A stretch of 64,000 nucleotides of DNA, from NCBI RefSeq assembly GCF_001194135.2, contig NC_068993.1, positions 36,640,259 through 36,704,258 on the forward strand. Reading direction: 5' to 3'. The first letter of the stretch is position 1; each line of letters opens with the position of its first letter. This document shows positions 61,901 through 64,000 of the stretch, piece after piece. Under the pieces are notes generated by a model, which did no database searches, had not been told where the DNA came from, and saw nothing but the letters and a program-made list of their open reading frames with translations. The stretch comes from Octopus bimaculoides. Its lineage: Eukaryota. The position numbers and the translations under genes are program-made.

Positions 61901-62315
61901 CGTGGTATTAGCAACAGCCACGCTCAAAAAGGTGTTTTTTACGTGCCACCTACACGGGAGCCACTCCAGCGACACTGGCAACGACCTCGCTCAAATGATT
62001 TTCCAATGTGCCAGAAGGCAACGCTGGTAACGATTATGCTCAAATGGTGCTATTTACAGGCCACTAGTACGGAAGCCAGACCGCTGCTCTGGCAATGAAC
62101 ACGCTCGACAGTGCTGTTAGTGCTCCACTGGCGCGGTGACCAGTCATCGAGTATGGTTCAATTACGATTTCACTTGCCCCAACAGGTCTTCGCAAGCAGA
62201 GTTTAGGGTCCAAAGAAGGAGAGGTTGGCAGGGGTGCCAGTCGTCAAAATGATAATGATGATGATGGTCATGGTGGTGGTGTGATGGTCATGATGGTGGA
62301 AATTCAAACACTTAC

Positions 62316-62443
62316 TCTTTTGCTTCTTTCCTTCTCACTGCTGTCGTGCTTACTGAACTGCTTCTCTTGTCTCCTGTGTTCCTCTTTACTCATAGAACTC
62401 GATAACTGAAGCTCTACCGATTCTCCATTCAGTTTACTGTTAC
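62316..62443 (-). CDS. Internal coding exon (128 nt) of a K/R/E/S-rich protein C-terminus (candidate THOC2-like)
   Basis: Acceptor tgtatgtttattttAG|, donor AGA|GTAAGT. Open frame (G)NSKLNGESVELQLSSSMSKEEHRRQEKQFSKHDSSEKERSKR, phase 1 in and phase 0 out, compatible with the exon at 56918-57003. Confidence 0.8.
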
Positions 62444-62479
62444 CTAAAATAAACATACAACAAAACAACTTCAATACAC

Positions 62480-63975
62480 ACCCAAAACAAAACCTCCCAG
62501 TATAAAGAAGATCCTATATTAAACCTGTTTGATAAGGTTTAGTTCCACTATCCATAATATGGTTCTACAATGCCTTCCTTTGTTCCTCTAACTCCTATAT
62601 TACAAAAATATTGGTTTCCTAACCCTACTGCCATAGTTACCCCCTCCCCCTTCTCTTCAATATGACCAAATTCTTTGACCCCAATAGCTTACCTACCTTT
62701 GTTATTCTCTATCTGCCCTTGTTCTGTCTGTATGTTTATGCAACTCCCATCATCCCTTTCATTTCCAGCTCAATCTCTACCACTTCAACACCTTATCACA
62801 TGCTCTACGTCCTTTCAGACAACATTCCATGCTAGGTTGTATAAACAATGGGAGCCGCCGAATCTTTTAATATCATGTACCAGGGAGTTTTTGCTACTTT
62901 ATATTCCTCCAATAGTAACTGTTACAGGCGGCTAGAGTCTTGTAGTAATGCCATACAGTACAGCTTTTGGAAAGCCTGGTGGGAAACCAACTCACTCTCA
63001 CAGGAACTTGCAATAGCACACTGTTCCGTTCTCCTCACTTTTGTTACTGGTGTTTCACACACTTGGAGAGGCCATATTGATGATACCACACGATAAACAA
63101 CCTTCACTAGTTCAATGGTAGTTGGTCTTTCTTTCAATGTGGCCTTAACTCTCAATACCTCTTTTGGCATCGTTTTAGAGGTACTGTATGGATATAGTTA
63201 AGGATCTTAATTCCCTGCTTCTTGATTGTTGGAATCAGCTTCCCACCTCCCATTCTTTGAGCTGATTTCATGTTATAAGTAGACTGTAATATTGCTGGAA
63301 TATGTCATCCAACTATGCTACAACAAGCTTTTTGCTCTTCTTCTTCTTTCTTTCCACCAGAGCAATAAAGACATCTAAAAAAAAAAAATCATGCAGTGAT
63401 GGAAGTACCAAGTGGTCCCTGACCTTCACACCATTTCTGAACACCTTCTTACTCTTCTCAAACATCAACTTCATATTTACCATGAATGGAGGGTAGAGAA
63501 ATGGTATACTCCGTCATGATACTTATTTTTCTGTTCCTACCAATTTGTTATGAATTCTATGGTGGTAAACTACATGACTGCTGATTCATAGTTCCTCACA
63601 CATCCTGGATGTAATCTAATTTTGTGTAACATTGCATGGGCCAGGAACTCATCCTTATTGCATTTACCAGGTCAAAACAGGAAACCTGAAAGTCTTTTCC
63701 ACCCTTCTTAACACATTGAATATTGCACCAAACTATCTGACTATGTTTAAAAACAGCCTGGGAATCCCAAAATACTGGTTCTCTGAAATGGTGTATTTAT
63801 TCAAAGCTAATTGCTTACACTCCATAAAACACTTTAGCCCTTTATACCGTGTAGGGATACCAGATAAAAGCTGATAAATTGCTGATGGGTTCTCCTTAGG
63901 AACCAGTAGGCCCTCTGCTAAGCACCAGTTTTGTATCATAGTTCTTACCTTTCAGGCTCTCTGCAATAAACAAAC
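62480..63975 (-). mobile_element. Old Hero/NeSL-like (RLE-clade) LINE RT relic
   Basis: WCLAEG..VPKEN, FDLVNA, a decayed IMTG.TIS-like segment, IPTIKKQG, IWPLQVCETPVTKV; many stops and frameshifts. Confidence 0.55.
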
Positions 63976-64000
63976 CAACACTCAGAGAAACTTCTGAGCA

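Overview
AT-rich, microsatellite- and SINE-dense animal genomic scaffold with seven N gaps. The repeat families look like octopus/coleoid cephalopod (inference from recalled repeat families, not a search). Two host genes are visible, both on the minus strand. One is the first coding exon of a GAB/DOS-family PH-domain adaptor (29926-30027). The other is the last three coding exons of a K/R/E/S-rich protein (62316-62443, 56918-57003, 53830-53854), whose final coding intron has a textbook U12-type (minor spliceosome) signature; it is possibly THOC2. Most of the rest is transposon-derived: a near-complete Buster-type hAT with perfect TIRs and TSD, mariner and maT relics, hAT, piggyBac-like and 8-bp-TSD MITEs, Tx1/L1, RTE, CR1, R4/Dong-like and Hero-like LINE relics, several tRNA-derived SINE families, and a Penelope-like element. 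The most striking unannotated signal is nine type I hammerhead-ribozyme cores (some near-canonical, several decayed or truncated) at four loci (16.7/17.0, 27.6, 32.4, 36.0-37.3 kb). All four loci are head-to-head inverted pairs, and where stem III survives it is short and palindromic or nearly so. They include a tRNA-headed SINE carrying a hammerhead, which suggests a Penelope-driven family of non-autonomous ribozyme elements. All alignments and folds were done by eye.
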